64,000 nucleotides of DNA, from the sequence record NC_004928.1. One strand, written 5' to 3'. Below are positions 42,811 through 52,751 of the stretch, piece by piece. Below the pieces are notes generated by a model. That model was not told the DNA's origin. It worked only from the letters and a program-made list of their open reading frames with translations, and ran no database searches. The position numbers and the translations under genes were made by a program. The stretch's first letter is position 1. The number at the start of each line of letters is the position of its first letter. Source of the stretch: Escherichia phage RB69.

Positions 42811-43623
42811 ATGATCAAAAGAACAATTTTGAAAGAAGCTCAGAATATCGAGACTTCAGTTGCTCTTAATAGTGTTTTCGAATCAGTAGAACTGTCTCCG
42901 GACGTTAAAGCTAATTTCAGCACTGTATTCGAAGCCACCGTTAAGCAGGAAGCAGTCAAACTGGCTGAATCTCATATCAAAGCCATCGCCGAAAAAGCCG
43001 AAGAAGAAGTTGAAAAGGCTAAAGAAGATGCTGAAGAGAAAGCTGATAAAAAATTGGCTGAACAAGCTTCTAAATTCCTGGACCATCTTGCAAAAGAATG
43101 GCTCGCAGAAAACCAAATCGCAGTTGATAAAGGCATTAAAGCTGATTTGTTCGAATCCATGCTTGGTGGTCTGAAAGAACTGTTTGTTGAACATAACGTT
43201 GTTGTTCCAGAAGAATCTGTAGATGTTGTAGCAGAAATGGAAGAAGAGCTGGCCGAACATAAAGAAGAAACCGCTCGTTTGTTCGAAGAAGTTACCAAAC
43301 GTGATGCATATATCAATTACGTTCAGCGTGAAACCGCTATTAATGAAAGCGTGAAAGACCTGACTGAATCTCAGAAAGAAAAAGTTATTGGCCTGGTTGA
43401 AGGTATGGATTATTCTGACGCATTTGGTACTAAGTTAACTGCTATTGTAGAAATGGTTAAAGGTTCTACTAAAGAAGAAGCCGCTATTACCGAAAGTATA
43501 AATACAGTTGACAATGACGCTGCCGGTCTTAATTTTGTTGCCGAAGCAGTTGACACTACCACAACTCAGGTAGAACAGAATTCTAATGTAAGTTTATATG
43601 CGAAAGTCGCATCTCGTTTCTAA
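42811..43623 (+). CDS. 22: prohead scaffold protein gp22
   Basis: 270 aa, highly charged helical; synteny. Confidence 0.9.
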   Translation: MIKRTILKEAQNIETSVALNSVFESVELSPDVKANFSTVFEATVKQEAVKLAESHIKAIAEKAEEEVEKAKEDAEEKADKKLAEQASKFLDHLAKEWLAENQIAVDKGIKADLFESMLGGLKELFVEHNVVVPEESVDVVAEMEEELAEHKEETARLFEEVTKRDAYINYVQRETAINESVKDLTESQKEKVIGLVEGMDYSDAFGTKLTAIVEMVKGSTKEEAAITESINTVDNDAAGLNFVAEAVDTTTTQVEQNSNVSLYAKVASRF

Positions 43624-43640
43624 TTTAAAGGTTAACACAA

Positions 43641-45209
43641 ATGACTACTATCAAAACTAAAGCTCAGCTCGTAGACAAATGGAAAGAACTGCTGGAAGGT
43701 GAAGGCCTGCCGGAAATCGCTAATAGCAAGCAGGCTATTATCGCTAAAATCTTCGAAAACCAGGAAAAAGATTTCGAAGTATCCCCTGAATATAAAGACG
43801 AGAAAATCGCTCAGGCATTTGGTTCTTTCTTGACCGAAGCTGAAATTGGTGGTGACCACGGTTATAATGCTCAGAACATCGCAGCAGGTCAAACCTCTGG
43901 TGCAGTAACCCAGATTGGGCCGGCAGTTATGGGTATGGTTCGTCGTGCTATTCCTAATCTGATCGCTTTTGATATTTGTGGTGTTCAGCCTATGAACAGC
44001 CCTACCGGTCAGGTATTTGCTCTCCGTGCAGTATATGGTAAAGACCCTATCGCTGCTGGCGCTAAAGAAGCTTTCCATCCGATGTATGCTCCGGATGCAA
44101 TGTTCTCTGGTCAGGGCGCTGCTAAGAAATTCCCAGCGCTGGCTGCTAGCACACAAACTAAAGTAGGTGATATCTATACTCACTTCTTCCAGGAAACTGG
44201 TACTGTATATCTGCAAGCTTCTGCTCAAGTAACAATTAGTTCAAGTGCTGATGATGCAGCTAAATTAGATGCAGAAATTATCAAACAAATGGAAGCTGGC
44301 GCACTGGTAGAAATCGCTGAAGGTATGGCTACTTCTATCGCTGAACTTCAGGAAGGCTTCAATGGTTCTACCGACAACCCGTGGAACGAAATGGGCTTCC
44401 GTATCGACAAACAAGTTATTGAAGCTAAATCTCGTCAGCTGAAAGCAGCTTACTCCATCGAATTGGCACAAGACCTCCGTGCAGTACACGGTATGGATGC
44501 TGATGCTGAACTGAGCGGTATTCTTGCTACTGAAATTATGCTGGAAATCAACCGTGAAGTTGTTGACTGGATTAACTACTCCGCTCAGGTTGGTAAATCT
44601 GGTATGACTAATATCGTTGGTTCTAAAGCTGGTGTATTTGACTTCCAAGACCCGATTGATATTCGTGGTGCTCGTTGGGCCGGTGAAAGCTTTAAAGCTC
44701 TGTTGTTCCAGATTGATAAAGAAGCAGTTGAAATTGCTCGTCAAACCGGTCGTGGTGAAGGCAACTTTATTATCGCTTCCCGTAACGTAGTTAACGTACT
44801 GGCATCAGTCGATACTGGTATTTCTTACGCTGCACAGGGTCTGGCTTCTGGTTTTAATACCGACACTACTAAGTCTGTATTTGCCGGTGTACTTGGTGGT
44901 AAATACCGCGTATACATCGACCAGTATGCTAAACAGGATTACTTCACTGTTGGTTATAAAGGCGCTAACGAAATGGATGCAGGTATTTACTACGCTCCTT
45001 ACGTTGCACTTACCCCACTGCGTGGTTCCGATCCTAAGAACTTCCAGCCGGTAATGGGCTTTAAAACTCGTTATGGTATCGGTGTTAACCCGTTTGCTGA
45101 AAGTTCCCTGCAGGCTCCAGGTGCTCGCATCCAGTCCGGTATGCCGTCTATCCTGAACAGCCTTGGTAAGAACGCTTACTTCCGCCGTGTATATGTAAAA
45201 GGCATCTAA
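43641..45209 (+). CDS. 23: major capsid protein gp23
   Basis: 522 aa; MTTIKTKAQLVDKWKELLEGEG...; size as T4 gp23. Confidence 0.96.
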   Translation: MTTIKTKAQLVDKWKELLEGEGLPEIANSKQAIIAKIFENQEKDFEVSPEYKDEKIAQAFGSFLTEAEIGGDHGYNAQNIAAGQTSGAVTQIGPAVMGMVRRAIPNLIAFDICGVQPMNSPTGQVFALRAVYGKDPIAAGAKEAFHPMYAPDAMFSGQGAAKKFPALAASTQTKVGDIYTHFFQETGTVYLQASAQVTISSSADDAAKLDAEIIKQMEAGALVEIAEGMATSIAELQEGFNGSTDNPWNEMGFRIDKQVIEAKSRQLKAAYSIELAQDLRAVHGMDADAELSGILATEIMLEINREVVDWINYSAQVGKSGMTNIVGSKAGVFDFQDPIDIRGARWAGESFKALLFQIDKEAVEIARQTGRGEGNFIIASRNVVNVLASVDTGISYAAQGLASGFNTDTTKSVFAGVLGGKYRVYIDQYAKQDYFTVGYKGANEMDAGIYYAPYVALTPLRGSDPKNFQPVMGFKTRYGIGVNPFAESSLQAPGARIQSGMPSILNSLGKNAYFRRVYVKGI

Positions 45210-45233
45210 TCTTAATTGATTAAATCTTATTTT

Positions 45234-45263
45234 GGGAGACTTCGGTCTCCCATTTTTGGTTTT
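45234..45263 (+). terminator. rho-independent terminator after gene 23
   Basis: GGGAGACTTCGGTCTCCC followed by ATTTTTGGTTTT. Confidence 0.8.
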
Positions 45264-45290
45264 ATTTCTGCGCAATTTCGATGTAAGTTT

Positions 45291-45531
45291 TCAAAATATT
45301 TTGCCAATTAGGCATACCTTCTGAACATATGCCGGAGAACCGTCTTTATTTTTGAATGATGCAAGTTTATCAGTGGCCCAATAACCTTTAGTTCGAGCTT
45401 CAGAATCAACTTTCATCCATACTTTGTTGAAGGCATTACCATTAACTTTTGCACCATATTTTTGTACTTTCGGTTACAGATCCAGCTTCCAGAACTTTTA
45501 CAGTATCTCGTAAGAAACGTGCTTTAGTCAT
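45291..45531 (-). pseudogene. small minus-strand gene split by a frameshift between genes 23 and 24
   Basis: ATG at 45529-45531 with GAGGAG RBS; frame A gives 29 aa then stop; frame shifted at an A-run continues 58 aa to stop at 45291. Confidence 0.4.
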
Positions 45532-45561
45532 TTTGTTTACTCCTCTGCAGCTGATAAGTCG

Positions 45562-45591
45562 ATAGTATCACATACCAAATACGTTGTAAAC
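45562..45591 (-). promoter_or_regulatory. sigma70-type early promoter (GTTTAC ... ATACTA), duplicate of the 8.5 kb cassette
   Basis: Minus strand GTTTAC(18)ATACTA; downstream RBS-start sequence CAGAGGAGTAAACAAAATGACT is near-identical to 8491-8515. Confidence 0.5.
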
Positions 45592-45597
45592 AATCTT

Positions 45598-45605
45598 TAT
45601 AAATA
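45598..45605 (+). promoter_or_regulatory. late promoter TATAAATA
   Basis: Exact TATAAATA 28 nt upstream of gene 24 start. Confidence 0.7.
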
Positions 45606-45632
45606 ATCTATATCACATAAGGGAAAAATGCA

Positions 45633-46916
45633 ATGAGTAAAATCCAAAAATTATCGCGTGAATCTACAACGTCTACCAGCAACTCAATTGGTCGCCCAAA
45701 TCTCGTTGCTTTGACTCGCGCTACGACTAAATTAATATATTCTGACATCGTAGCAACACAAAGAACTAATCAACCTGTTGCTGCTTTTTATGGTATCAAA
45801 TATCTTAACCCAGATAACGAATTCACATTTAAAACTGGTGCTACTTATGCTGGCGAAGCTGGATATGTAGACCGAGAAAAAATTACTGAGCTCACAGAAG
45901 AATCAAAAGCCACACTAAATAAAGGCGATTTTTTCAAATATAATAATATCGTCTATAAAGTGTTAGAAGATACACCATTTGCAGATATTCAAGAAAGTGA
46001 TCTAGAATTAGCTCTTCAGATTGCAGTCGTTCATTTAAAGGTACGGTTGTTTTCAGATGCAGCGGTAACAAGCAAATTTGAAAGCTCTGGTAGCGAAATT
46101 TCTGATGCAAGATTCCAGATTAATAAATGGCAAACTTCAGTCAAATCTCGTAAACTTAAAACCGGCCTCACGGTTGAATTAGCGCAAGATTTGGAAGCGA
46201 ATGGATTTGATGCCCCTAACTTCTTAGAAGATTTGCTTGCAACTGAAATGGCTGATGAAATTAATAAAGATATTCTTCAGTCTTTAATTACTGTATCGAA
46301 ACGTTATAAAGTTACTGGAATTACTGACACCGGATTTATTGACTTGAGCTATGCATCCGCTCCAGAAGCAGGTCGTTCGTTATATCGAATGGTGTGTGAA
46401 ATGGTATCACACATTCAAAAAGAGTCAACTTATACTGCGACGTTTTGTGTAGCTTCAGCTCGTGCAGCTGCTATTCTTGCTGCTTCCGGTTGGTTAAAAC
46501 ATAAACCAGAAGATGATAAGTATCTTTCACAAAATGCTTACGGGTTCTTAGCTAATGGTTTACCGCTTTATTGCGATACTAACAGTCCATTAGATTATGT
46601 GATCGTTGGCGTAGTAGAAAATATCGGTGAAAAAGAAATTGTTGGATCAATTTTCTATGCTCCGTATACAGAAGGTCTCGACTTAGATGACCCGGAACAT
46701 GTTGGTGCATTTAAAGTTGTAGTTGATCCAGAAAGCTTGCAACCGTCTATTGGTTTATTGGTTAGATACGCTTTATCAGCAAATCCTTACACAGTAGCAA
46801 AAGACGAAAAAGAAGCGAGAATAATTGATGGCGGGGACATGGATAAAATGGCAGGACGTTCAGACTTGTCTGTTTTACTCGGTGTTAAATTGCCTAAAAT
46901 TATTATAGATGAATAA
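45633..46916 (+). CDS. 24: capsid vertex protein gp24
   Basis: 427 aa; synteny after gene 23. Confidence 0.92.
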   Translation: MSKIQKLSRESTTSTSNSIGRPNLVALTRATTKLIYSDIVATQRTNQPVAAFYGIKYLNPDNEFTFKTGATYAGEAGYVDREKITELTEESKATLNKGDFFKYNNIVYKVLEDTPFADIQESDLELALQIAVVHLKVRLFSDAAVTSKFESSGSEISDARFQINKWQTSVKSRKLKTGLTVELAQDLEANGFDAPNFLEDLLATEMADEINKDILQSLITVSKRYKVTGITDTGFIDLSYASAPEAGRSLYRMVCEMVSHIQKESTYTATFCVASARAAAILAASGWLKHKPEDDKYLSQNAYGFLANGLPLYCDTNSPLDYVIVGVVENIGEKEIVGSIFYAPYTEGLDLDDPEHVGAFKVVVDPESLQPSIGLLVRYALSANPYTVAKDEKEARIIDGGDMDKMAGRSDLSVLLGVKLPKIIIDE

Positions 46917-46950
46917 ACAAAAAAAGGGACCTTACGGTCCCTTTTTTCGT
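46917..46950. terminator. bidirectional terminator between gene 24 and rnlB
   Basis: A-run, GGGACCTTACGGTCCC hairpin, T-run; convergent genes on both sides. Confidence 0.8.
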
Positions 46951-47948
46951 TATGATACTAATTCAATCCATGCAGGACGCAGAACATCTTGCACCATTCG
47001 GACTAATTCTTTCTTAACAAGATTCGGATTATCAGATGTTGTTAATACAATACCTTCACGAGAAGTTTCTTCCAGAATATCTTGAACAGTCAATCCCATC
47101 ACTTTGCCAAAATCTTTTGGCGTTACAGTCCCAATCTTAGAAATAACATTATTAACACGATTTAATGTAACATAACAAGCTAGAACATCAAGCAAGTTTT
47201 TGTCAATTTCGGTTAATGGAACCTGAGTTTTAATAGGCTTATCAGACTTTTTCTTTTCACTGAATTTAGAGTTCTTGCACTTAATCGCTACACGAGTACC
47301 GTTTGGCAGCCATTTAGGGAAACAAGGCTTCAGAACATAACCTTCTGCAGTATTATCACCAATAACATTAGCATCAAATACACAATTATTTGCTTCTACA
47401 AGGTCTTCTGACGCAGTAGCATTATAAGCGGCTAAAACGGAATCAAGGTCATTTGGAATCATGATAAGAGAATCAAATGTTCCACGACCAAGCATTGGTG
47501 CCATTTTAAAACCGAATTCATTACAGAAATCTTGCATTTCGTAATCGGTCAAATACGTATTATCACCACTTTCTGTATTGATAAGGATATCGAACACATA
47601 AAAATCTTTTTCACCGTAGTCAACACCTTTCTGGATTCCACCACCAGCGAATTCACCGAATACTTGATATGATACGGCTCGAGCTGTGTACATGAATTTC
47701 TGAACGGTTTTAATAGCTTTATCATACTTCTTGAGTACGATTTCATAACCATAAAAATCTTCTGCTGGAAGAATAGGGCCTGTGCGCTTGGCGCATGTGA
47801 CGTTGTCACGTTCAATTATTAACGAGAAGTTGGTCCCATGGATTTTCTCACGTGCTACCCAAACACCAGTAGTCAAACCATTAGTGTAGAGTTTTTCAAT
47901 AAACTTAGAGTTGTAGTGGTTTTCAAGACTGCTGTATTTCTTAAACAT
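46950..47948 (-). CDS. rnlB: RNA ligase 2
   Basis: [21 protein letters not shown]...[17 protein letters not shown]... matches T4 Rnl2 including lysine-adenylation motif KIHG. Confidence 0.95.
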   Translation of the reverse strand: MFKKYSSLENHYNSKFIEKLYTNGLTTGVWVAREKIHGTNFSLIIERDNVTCAKRTGPILPAEDFYGYEIVLKKYDKAIKTVQKFMYTARAVSYQVFGEFAGGGIQKGVDYGEKDFYVFDILINTESGDNTYLTDYEMQDFCNEFGFKMAPMLGRGTFDSLIMIPNDLDSVLAAYNATASEDLVEANNCVFDANVIGDNTAEGYVLKPCFPKWLPNGTRVAIKCKNSKFSEKKKSDKPIKTQVPLTEIDKNLLDVLACYVTLNRVNNVISKIGTVTPKDFGKVMGLTVQDILEETSREGIVLTTSDNPNLVKKELVRMVQDVLRPAWIELVS

Positions 47949-48067
47949 AAATCACCATTATAAATAATAATATCAAAATAATTAGCAGAGACTCTATCTC
48001 CGACCCGATGTTTAATTTGAATGGATAGAACCTAGATTCATTATACCATCAAAAAATGTAAAGCATA

Positions 48068-48319
48068 TTAGAACTTGATTTCTATCCAATGACCATCACG
48101 TTGGTCGTGATTAATTTTGTACTGAAAGCCGTTATCACGAAGCCATTGACCGACTTGTTCAGTTATAGTTAAATCGTTCTTTGACGGGTAGTACGTGAAT
48201 TGTGTCTGACCTTTGTCAGCGGCTTTCTCTGCCATCGCAGAGAAGTTAGTAATAAAATCACTCAACAAATTAGCTTTAGTGGCCAGAGCCCTTTCTCTTA
48301 ATTCCTGTGCAAAACTCAT
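48068..48319 (-). CDS. hypothetical protein
   Basis: 83-aa ORF between rnlB and hoc. Confidence 0.5.
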   Translation of the reverse strand: MSFAQELRERALATKANLLSDFITNFSAMAEKAADKGQTQFTYYPSKNDLTITEQVGQWLRDNGFQYKINHDQRDGHWIEIKF

Positions 48320-48516
48320 TTCTTCACCTTTTTGTTAATCAAACGTTTACGGTATACAACTTTTTCTTTTGCTTTAAACTTTGACCGAGCTGTCTCGGCT
48401 TTAGTCCATAGTAATCCAACTTCTTTAGGTTGTAAACCGATTTTTTGAGCAATTTCTACGAATGAAAATCCCGCCTCATGTAATGTATAAACTTCAACTT
48501 CAGCTCTCATAATCAA
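48316..48516 (-). CDS. small protein with helix-turn-helix-like segment
   Basis: 66 aa; AGFSFVEIAQKIGLQPKEVGLLW resembles an HTH; basic C-terminal tail. Confidence 0.5.
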   Translation of the reverse strand: MIMRAEVEVYTLHEAGFSFVEIAQKIGLQPKEVGLLWTKAETARSKFKAKEKVVYRKRLINKKVKK

Positions 48517-48574
48517 TCCCGTATTATTTGGTTTGTGCCATTATATACATCAATCTCACGTTGTGTTTTGTATG

Positions 48575-48606
48575 CTTTAAAAACGAAGAAAGGGGCCGAA
48601 GCCCCT
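48575..48606 (-). terminator. rho-independent terminator after hoc
   Basis: Minus strand GGGGCTTCGGCCCC followed by TTTCTTCGTTTTT. Confidence 0.7.
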
Positions 48607-48611
48607 TACGA

Positions 48612-50027
48612 TTATGGATATGTATAGATGATACCAGTTTCCAAAGCAGTTTTATGGATGATGTATCCATTACGTGATTCTTGAACATCAACTTCTGGAT
48701 AGTCTTTCATCATCTTCTGAAGAGTGTAACGATGCAGGTAGTATTTACTATCTGGATCTTCAGTTTTCCAATCTTTACCTTCTTCAGTCATTTTTTGGAT
48801 TTCATCCATAACCCACCAACCGCACCAGATGTAAGCTGAAGTACGATGTGGAAGAGGATGAACATAAGGTAGTTCACCTTCTGGCTCAATTGGAGTCTGT
48901 TCAGTAATAACAACTTCAGCGGTTGAACTAATTGTCTTTGAAGTATAGTTATCTTTAGTTAATACTGCTTCAACTTTAATTGTATGAGTACCAGCTGAGG
49001 AGGTATCAATACTGTAAGTATTAGTAGAATTACTTTCTGCTACATTGTCTTTCTTCCAAGAATACACAATATTAGTATCACCTGGAGCACCAGTAACAGA
49101 TGCTGTTAAAGTTGCAGTTCCGCCAACAGTAGTATTAACTGATGGCGGAGATAAAGAAATGGTGGCACTATTAAATGTAGCATTATTAGTTACTACTGTT
49201 GCTTCTGCTGAAATTTCTTTTGTAACATAATTTGTTGCAGAAACAGATACGGTGCATTTAAGAGTTTTACTTCCGACCTCGGTTGGAGTGAATTTATACG
49301 TAGCAGAAGTTGCATCCAGAATATTACTGTCATCCATTGACCATTGGAATGATGTAGTAGCACCTGAAGGTGCACCAGAGACATTTGCAGTTAAAGTAAT
49401 AGGAACACCAAAGACCGTAGTCGGAGACTCAGGCGTAATTTTTAGTGTTGAAGAATTAGCCTTTTTATTTACAGTCAAAGAAACCGCTGATGATTCTACT
49501 GTTTTATCAACGTAATCAGTTGCAGTCACTGTGACAGAACAAGTTATAGACTTAGTTCCTTCAGATGTTGGTGTATATTCAAAGGTTGATTGCTTTTGAC
49601 CATCAACAGCGACCCCGTCAACTTTCCATGTATAAGCAATAGCAGCACCACTAGGTTGATTGCTTACATTAGCAGTGAATGTTGTTGCTGTTCCAATTTC
49701 TACTGCCGCCGGAGAAGCCGGAGTAACAGCGACGGTAGAATTATTTTCTTTCTTATTAACAGTGATAGTTGTTGACGCTTCAGCTATTTCCGGATCTCCT
49801 GCGGAAAGTGTATTGGTTGCAACCACTTTAATTTTTTTTGTTCCTGCCGGAGAAGCAAGAGTATAATCCATTGTAGCAGCCGTAGACTCCTGTGCTATAT
49901 CATCTACAGTCCAGACGTATGTAATAGTACCATCTGGAGTTTCACCTGCAGGTGTAGCAGTGAATGTTTGTGAACCTCCAATAACCCCTGTAGGAGTTAA
50001 AGGAGATAACGTGACAGTGAATGCCAT
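48612..50027 (-). CDS. hoc: highly immunogenic outer capsid protein Hoc (Ig-like repeats)
   Basis: 471 aa; four tandem Ig-like segments of about 95 aa and a C-terminal domain YIWCGWWVMDEIQKMTEEGKDW typical of Hoc capsid-binding region. Confidence 0.88.
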   Translation of the reverse strand: MAFTVTLSPLTPTGVIGGSQTFTATPAGETPDGTITYVWTVDDIAQESTAATMDYTLASPAGTKKIKVVATNTLSAGDPEIAEASTTITVNKKENNSTVAVTPASPAAVEIGTATTFTANVSNQPSGAAIAYTWKVDGVAVDGQKQSTFEYTPTSEGTKSITCSVTVTATDYVDKTVESSAVSLTVNKKANSSTLKITPESPTTVFGVPITLTANVSGAPSGATTSFQWSMDDSNILDATSATYKFTPTEVGSKTLKCTVSVSATNYVTKEISAEATVVTNNATFNSATISLSPPSVNTTVGGTATLTASVTGAPGDTNIVYSWKKDNVAESNSTNTYSIDTSSAGTHTIKVEAVLTKDNYTSKTISSTAEVVITEQTPIEPEGELPYVHPLPHRTSAYIWCGWWVMDEIQKMTEEGKDWKTEDPDSKYYLHRYTLQKMMKDYPEVDVQESRNGYIIHKTALETGIIYTYP

Positions 50028-50036
50028 AAGTTATCC

Positions 50037-50705
50037 TTATTTTAATGTTACGAAAGAAGAATTACGAGTTTCACGAATTAGAACTGATCCATCGCGATTA
50101 ATATAATAAATTAAGCTAAATAATGTTTGGTGAGCAGAAGCATGCACAAAACTCGTTGGGTGAGATTTCCAATCTGGGGTTTCGGCTATCCATTGATAAA
50201 TCCACCAAGGAACAGTAACATATCCTGGGCCTTTGCCTAATTTAATGAGTGTAGGACTAAAATTTTCAGGCAGAACAAAATTTACTTCTTTATTTACTTC
50301 TGGCTCAGGCTCTTTTTCAGATTCAACAACCTGAGTAATTGCTTCTTCGAATTTATCATGGTCGAATTCTTTTTCTTGTTCGACAACTTCTAATACTTCA
50401 ACTTGTTCTGTTGGAGAATCAAACAACAGAATAGCTTCTTCTTTAACTTCTTCGTTGGTGAAATTAACACCGTCCACATCATCTGCGGCAGTAATTAAAT
50501 CAGTAATAGATAATCCATCAGTTTCAGGTAATGGTTCATCAGCCAGTGCGTTAAGAGCTTCTTCGATATCAATAACAATATTATCGAACGATTTTGTTTT
50601 CTTAACACTAATGCCAAATTGTTCTGCATATTCAAACAGTTTAGCTTTAGCTTCCTTTTTATCAGAAAGAGCACGTAACTCTTCAATATAGTCTTTATCG
50701 ATCAT
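50037..50705 (-). CDS. inh: Inh-like protein (inhibitor of prohead protease), by synteny
   Basis: 222 aa acidic protein between hoc and uvsW as T4 inh. Confidence 0.65.
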   Translation of the reverse strand: MIDKDYIEELRALSDKKEAKAKLFEYAEQFGISVKKTKSFDNIVIDIEEALNALADEPLPETDGLSITDLITAADDVDGVNFTNEEVKEEAILLFDSPTEQVEVLEVVEQEKEFDHDKFEEAITQVVESEKEPEPEVNKEVNFVLPENFSPTLIKLGKGPGYVTVPWWIYQWIAETPDWKSHPTSFVHASAHQTLFSLIYYINRDGSVLIRETRNSSFVTLK

Positions 50706-50718
50706 GGTATTTCCTCAT

Positions 50719-50726
50719 TATAAATA
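50719..50726 (+). promoter_or_regulatory. late promoter TATAAATA
   Basis: Exact TATAAATA 30 nt upstream of uvsW. Confidence 0.65.
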
Positions 50727-50755
50727 TAACTATATTTATTACATGGTAATTTGAC

Positions 50756-52270
50756 ATGACTGACATTAAAGTACATTTTTATGATTTTAGTCACGTGCGC
50801 ATTGAATGCGACGAAAGTACGTTTTACGAACTTCGTGACTTTTTTAGCTTTGAAGCTGACGGGTATAAATTTAACCCAAAATATCGCTATGGGCAATGGG
50901 ATGGTAGAATTCGACTTTTAGATTACAATCGTTTGTTACCATATGGACTTGTAGGACAAATAAAAAAGTTCTGTAACAATATGAGTTATTCTGTATGGAT
51001 TGACCCTAAAATCTTTGAGACCGAAGACCTTACCAGGGAAGATTTTGACGCGTGGCTTTCTAAACAAGAAATTTATTCAGGCAACGCCAAAATCGAACCA
51101 CATTGGTATCAAAAAGATGCCGTATATGAAGGTCTGGTTAATCGTCGTCGAATTTTAAACCTTCCGACATCAGCAGGTAAATCACTAATCCAAGCACTTT
51201 TAGCTCGATATTATCTAGAGAACTATGAAGGTAAAATTCTCATTATCGTCCCTACAACAGCATTGACAACCCAAATGGCTAATGATTTTGTTGATTATCG
51301 CTTGTTTAGTCATTCGATGATTAAGAAAATTGGCGGTGGTGCTGATAAAGCGGACAAATCTAAAAACGACGCTCCAATTATTGTTGGCACATGGCAAACG
51401 GTAGTTAAGCAGCCTAAAGAATGGTTCTCTCAGTTCGGTATGATGATGAACGATGAATGCCACTTAGCAACAGGCAAAAGTATTTCTTCAATCATCTCAG
51501 GATTAAATAATTGCATGTTTAAATTCGGTTTATCTGGCTCATTAAGAGACGGAAAAGCCAATGTAATGCAGTACGTAGGTATGTTCGGCGAAATCTTCCG
51601 TCCTGTTAGCACGTCTAAATTAATGGAAGACGGACAGGTAACTGAGCTTAAGATTAATAGTATTTTCCTTCGTTATCCAGACGAATTCGCCACCAAATTA
51701 AAAGGTAAAACATACCAAGAAGAAGTTAAAATTATTACCGGACTAAAACGTCGTACAAAGTGGATTGCTCAACTTTCGGTAAAATTGGCTAAGAAAGACG
51801 AGAACGCCTTTGTAATGTTTAAACACGTTACACACGGTAAAGAAATATTTGAAGCTATTAAAGAGCTTGGATACGAAAAAGTTTATTACGTATCAGGTGA
51901 AGTTGATACTGAAACACGTAACGCTCTTAAAGTCATGGCAGAAAATGGTAAAGGCATTATTATTGTCGCATCATATGGAGTATTCTCTACCGGTATTTCA
52001 GTCAAGAATCTTCATCATGTTATTTTTGCTCATGGTGTTAAATCAAAAATTATCGTACTTCAAACCGTAGGTCGTGTGCTTCGTAAGCACGGTTCTAAAG
52101 CTGTTGCTACAGTTTGGGATCTCATCGATGACGCAGGTGTAAAACCTAAATCATTAAATACTAAAAAGAAGTATACTCATCTTAATTACTTGTTAAAACA
52201 CGGTATTGATCGTATCCAACGTTACGCTGATGAGAAATTTAACTATGTAATGAAAACAATTAATTTATAA
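50756..52270 (+). CDS. uvsW: UvsW DNA helicase (SF2)
   Basis: MTDIKVHFYDFSHVRIECDESTFYELRDFFSFEADGYKFNP...; Walker A PTSAGKS; matches T4 UvsW. Confidence 0.95.
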   Translation: MTDIKVHFYDFSHVRIECDESTFYELRDFFSFEADGYKFNPKYRYGQWDGRIRLLDYNRLLPYGLVGQIKKFCNNMSYSVWIDPKIFETEDLTREDFDAWLSKQEIYSGNAKIEPHWYQKDAVYEGLVNRRRILNLPTSAGKSLIQALLARYYLENYEGKILIIVPTTALTTQMANDFVDYRLFSHSMIKKIGGGADKADKSKNDAPIIVGTWQTVVKQPKEWFSQFGMMMNDECHLATGKSISSIISGLNNCMFKFGLSGSLRDGKANVMQYVGMFGEIFRPVSTSKLMEDGQVTELKINSIFLRYPDEFATKLKGKTYQEEVKIITGLKRRTKWIAQLSVKLAKKDENAFVMFKHVTHGKEIFEAIKELGYEKVYYVSGEVDTETRNALKVMAENGKGIIIVASYGVFSTGISVKNLHHVIFAHGVKSKIIVLQTVGRVLRKHGSKAVATVWDLIDDAGVKPKSLNTKKKYTHLNYLLKHGIDRIQRYADEKFNYVMKTINL

Positions 52271-52295
52271 GGGCTTCGGCCCTTAGGAGATAAAA

Positions 52296-52526
52296 ATGGT
52301 ACTTGAATTTAAACAATTTTTATACGAAGCATCTATTGACGAATTCATGGGTAAAATTGCTAGTTGTCATACCTTAGAAGGGCTTGAAGAATTGGAAGCT
52401 TATTATAAGAAACGTATAAAAGAAACGGAATTAAAAGATACAGATGATATTTCTGTCAGGGATGCCTTAGCAGGTAAGCGTGCCGAACTTGAAGGCGACG
52501 ATGAGGATGCGGAAGAAGATTTCTAA
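52296..52526 (+). CDS. uvsW.1: UvsW.1
   Basis: 76-aa acidic ORF directly after uvsW. Confidence 0.8.
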   Translation: MVLEFKQFLYEASIDEFMGKIASCHTLEGLEELEAYYKKRIKETELKDTDDISVRDALAGKRAELEGDDEDAEEDF

Positions 52527-52607
52527 TTAAAAAAAGGCCCGACCTTTTTGGAAGGGCCAAAAACCATAGGCAAAAAGGTAACACTATAGTAAAAGTTGGG
52601 TTTCGTT

Positions 52608-52751
52608 CAATTGCTCTTCTGAACTTTCTGAAACCGGCAATTGTTGTACATAATTATAACAAGGACCAGGATGTGCTGGACCTTTGTCTGTTTCAACAAC
52701 CAATGCAGAATCGATTGGAGTTTTACAGACAACACAAATCTTATCTGACAT
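52608..52751 (-). CDS. small Cys-containing protein (47 aa)
   Basis: Not in ORF track; hand translation MSDKICVVCKTPIDSALVVETDKGPAHPGPCYNYVQQL...; GGAG RBS. Confidence 0.35.

Noticed and set aside
42883-44228. Minus-strand ORFs inside genes 22 and 23
   Set aside because: Overlap the scaffold and major capsid genes on the opposite strand; typical shadow ORFs
47958-47965. Plus-strand TATAAATA just upstream of rnlB
   Set aside because: No plus-strand gene follows; the sequence is more likely the reverse view of a minus-strand TATAAT-type promoter for rnlB
48612-50027. Tandem repeats in hoc considered as a possible repeat array or CRISPR
   Set aside because: Repeats are about 285 nt, in frame and diverged, encoding Ig-like domains; no short direct repeats with spacers anywhere in the window
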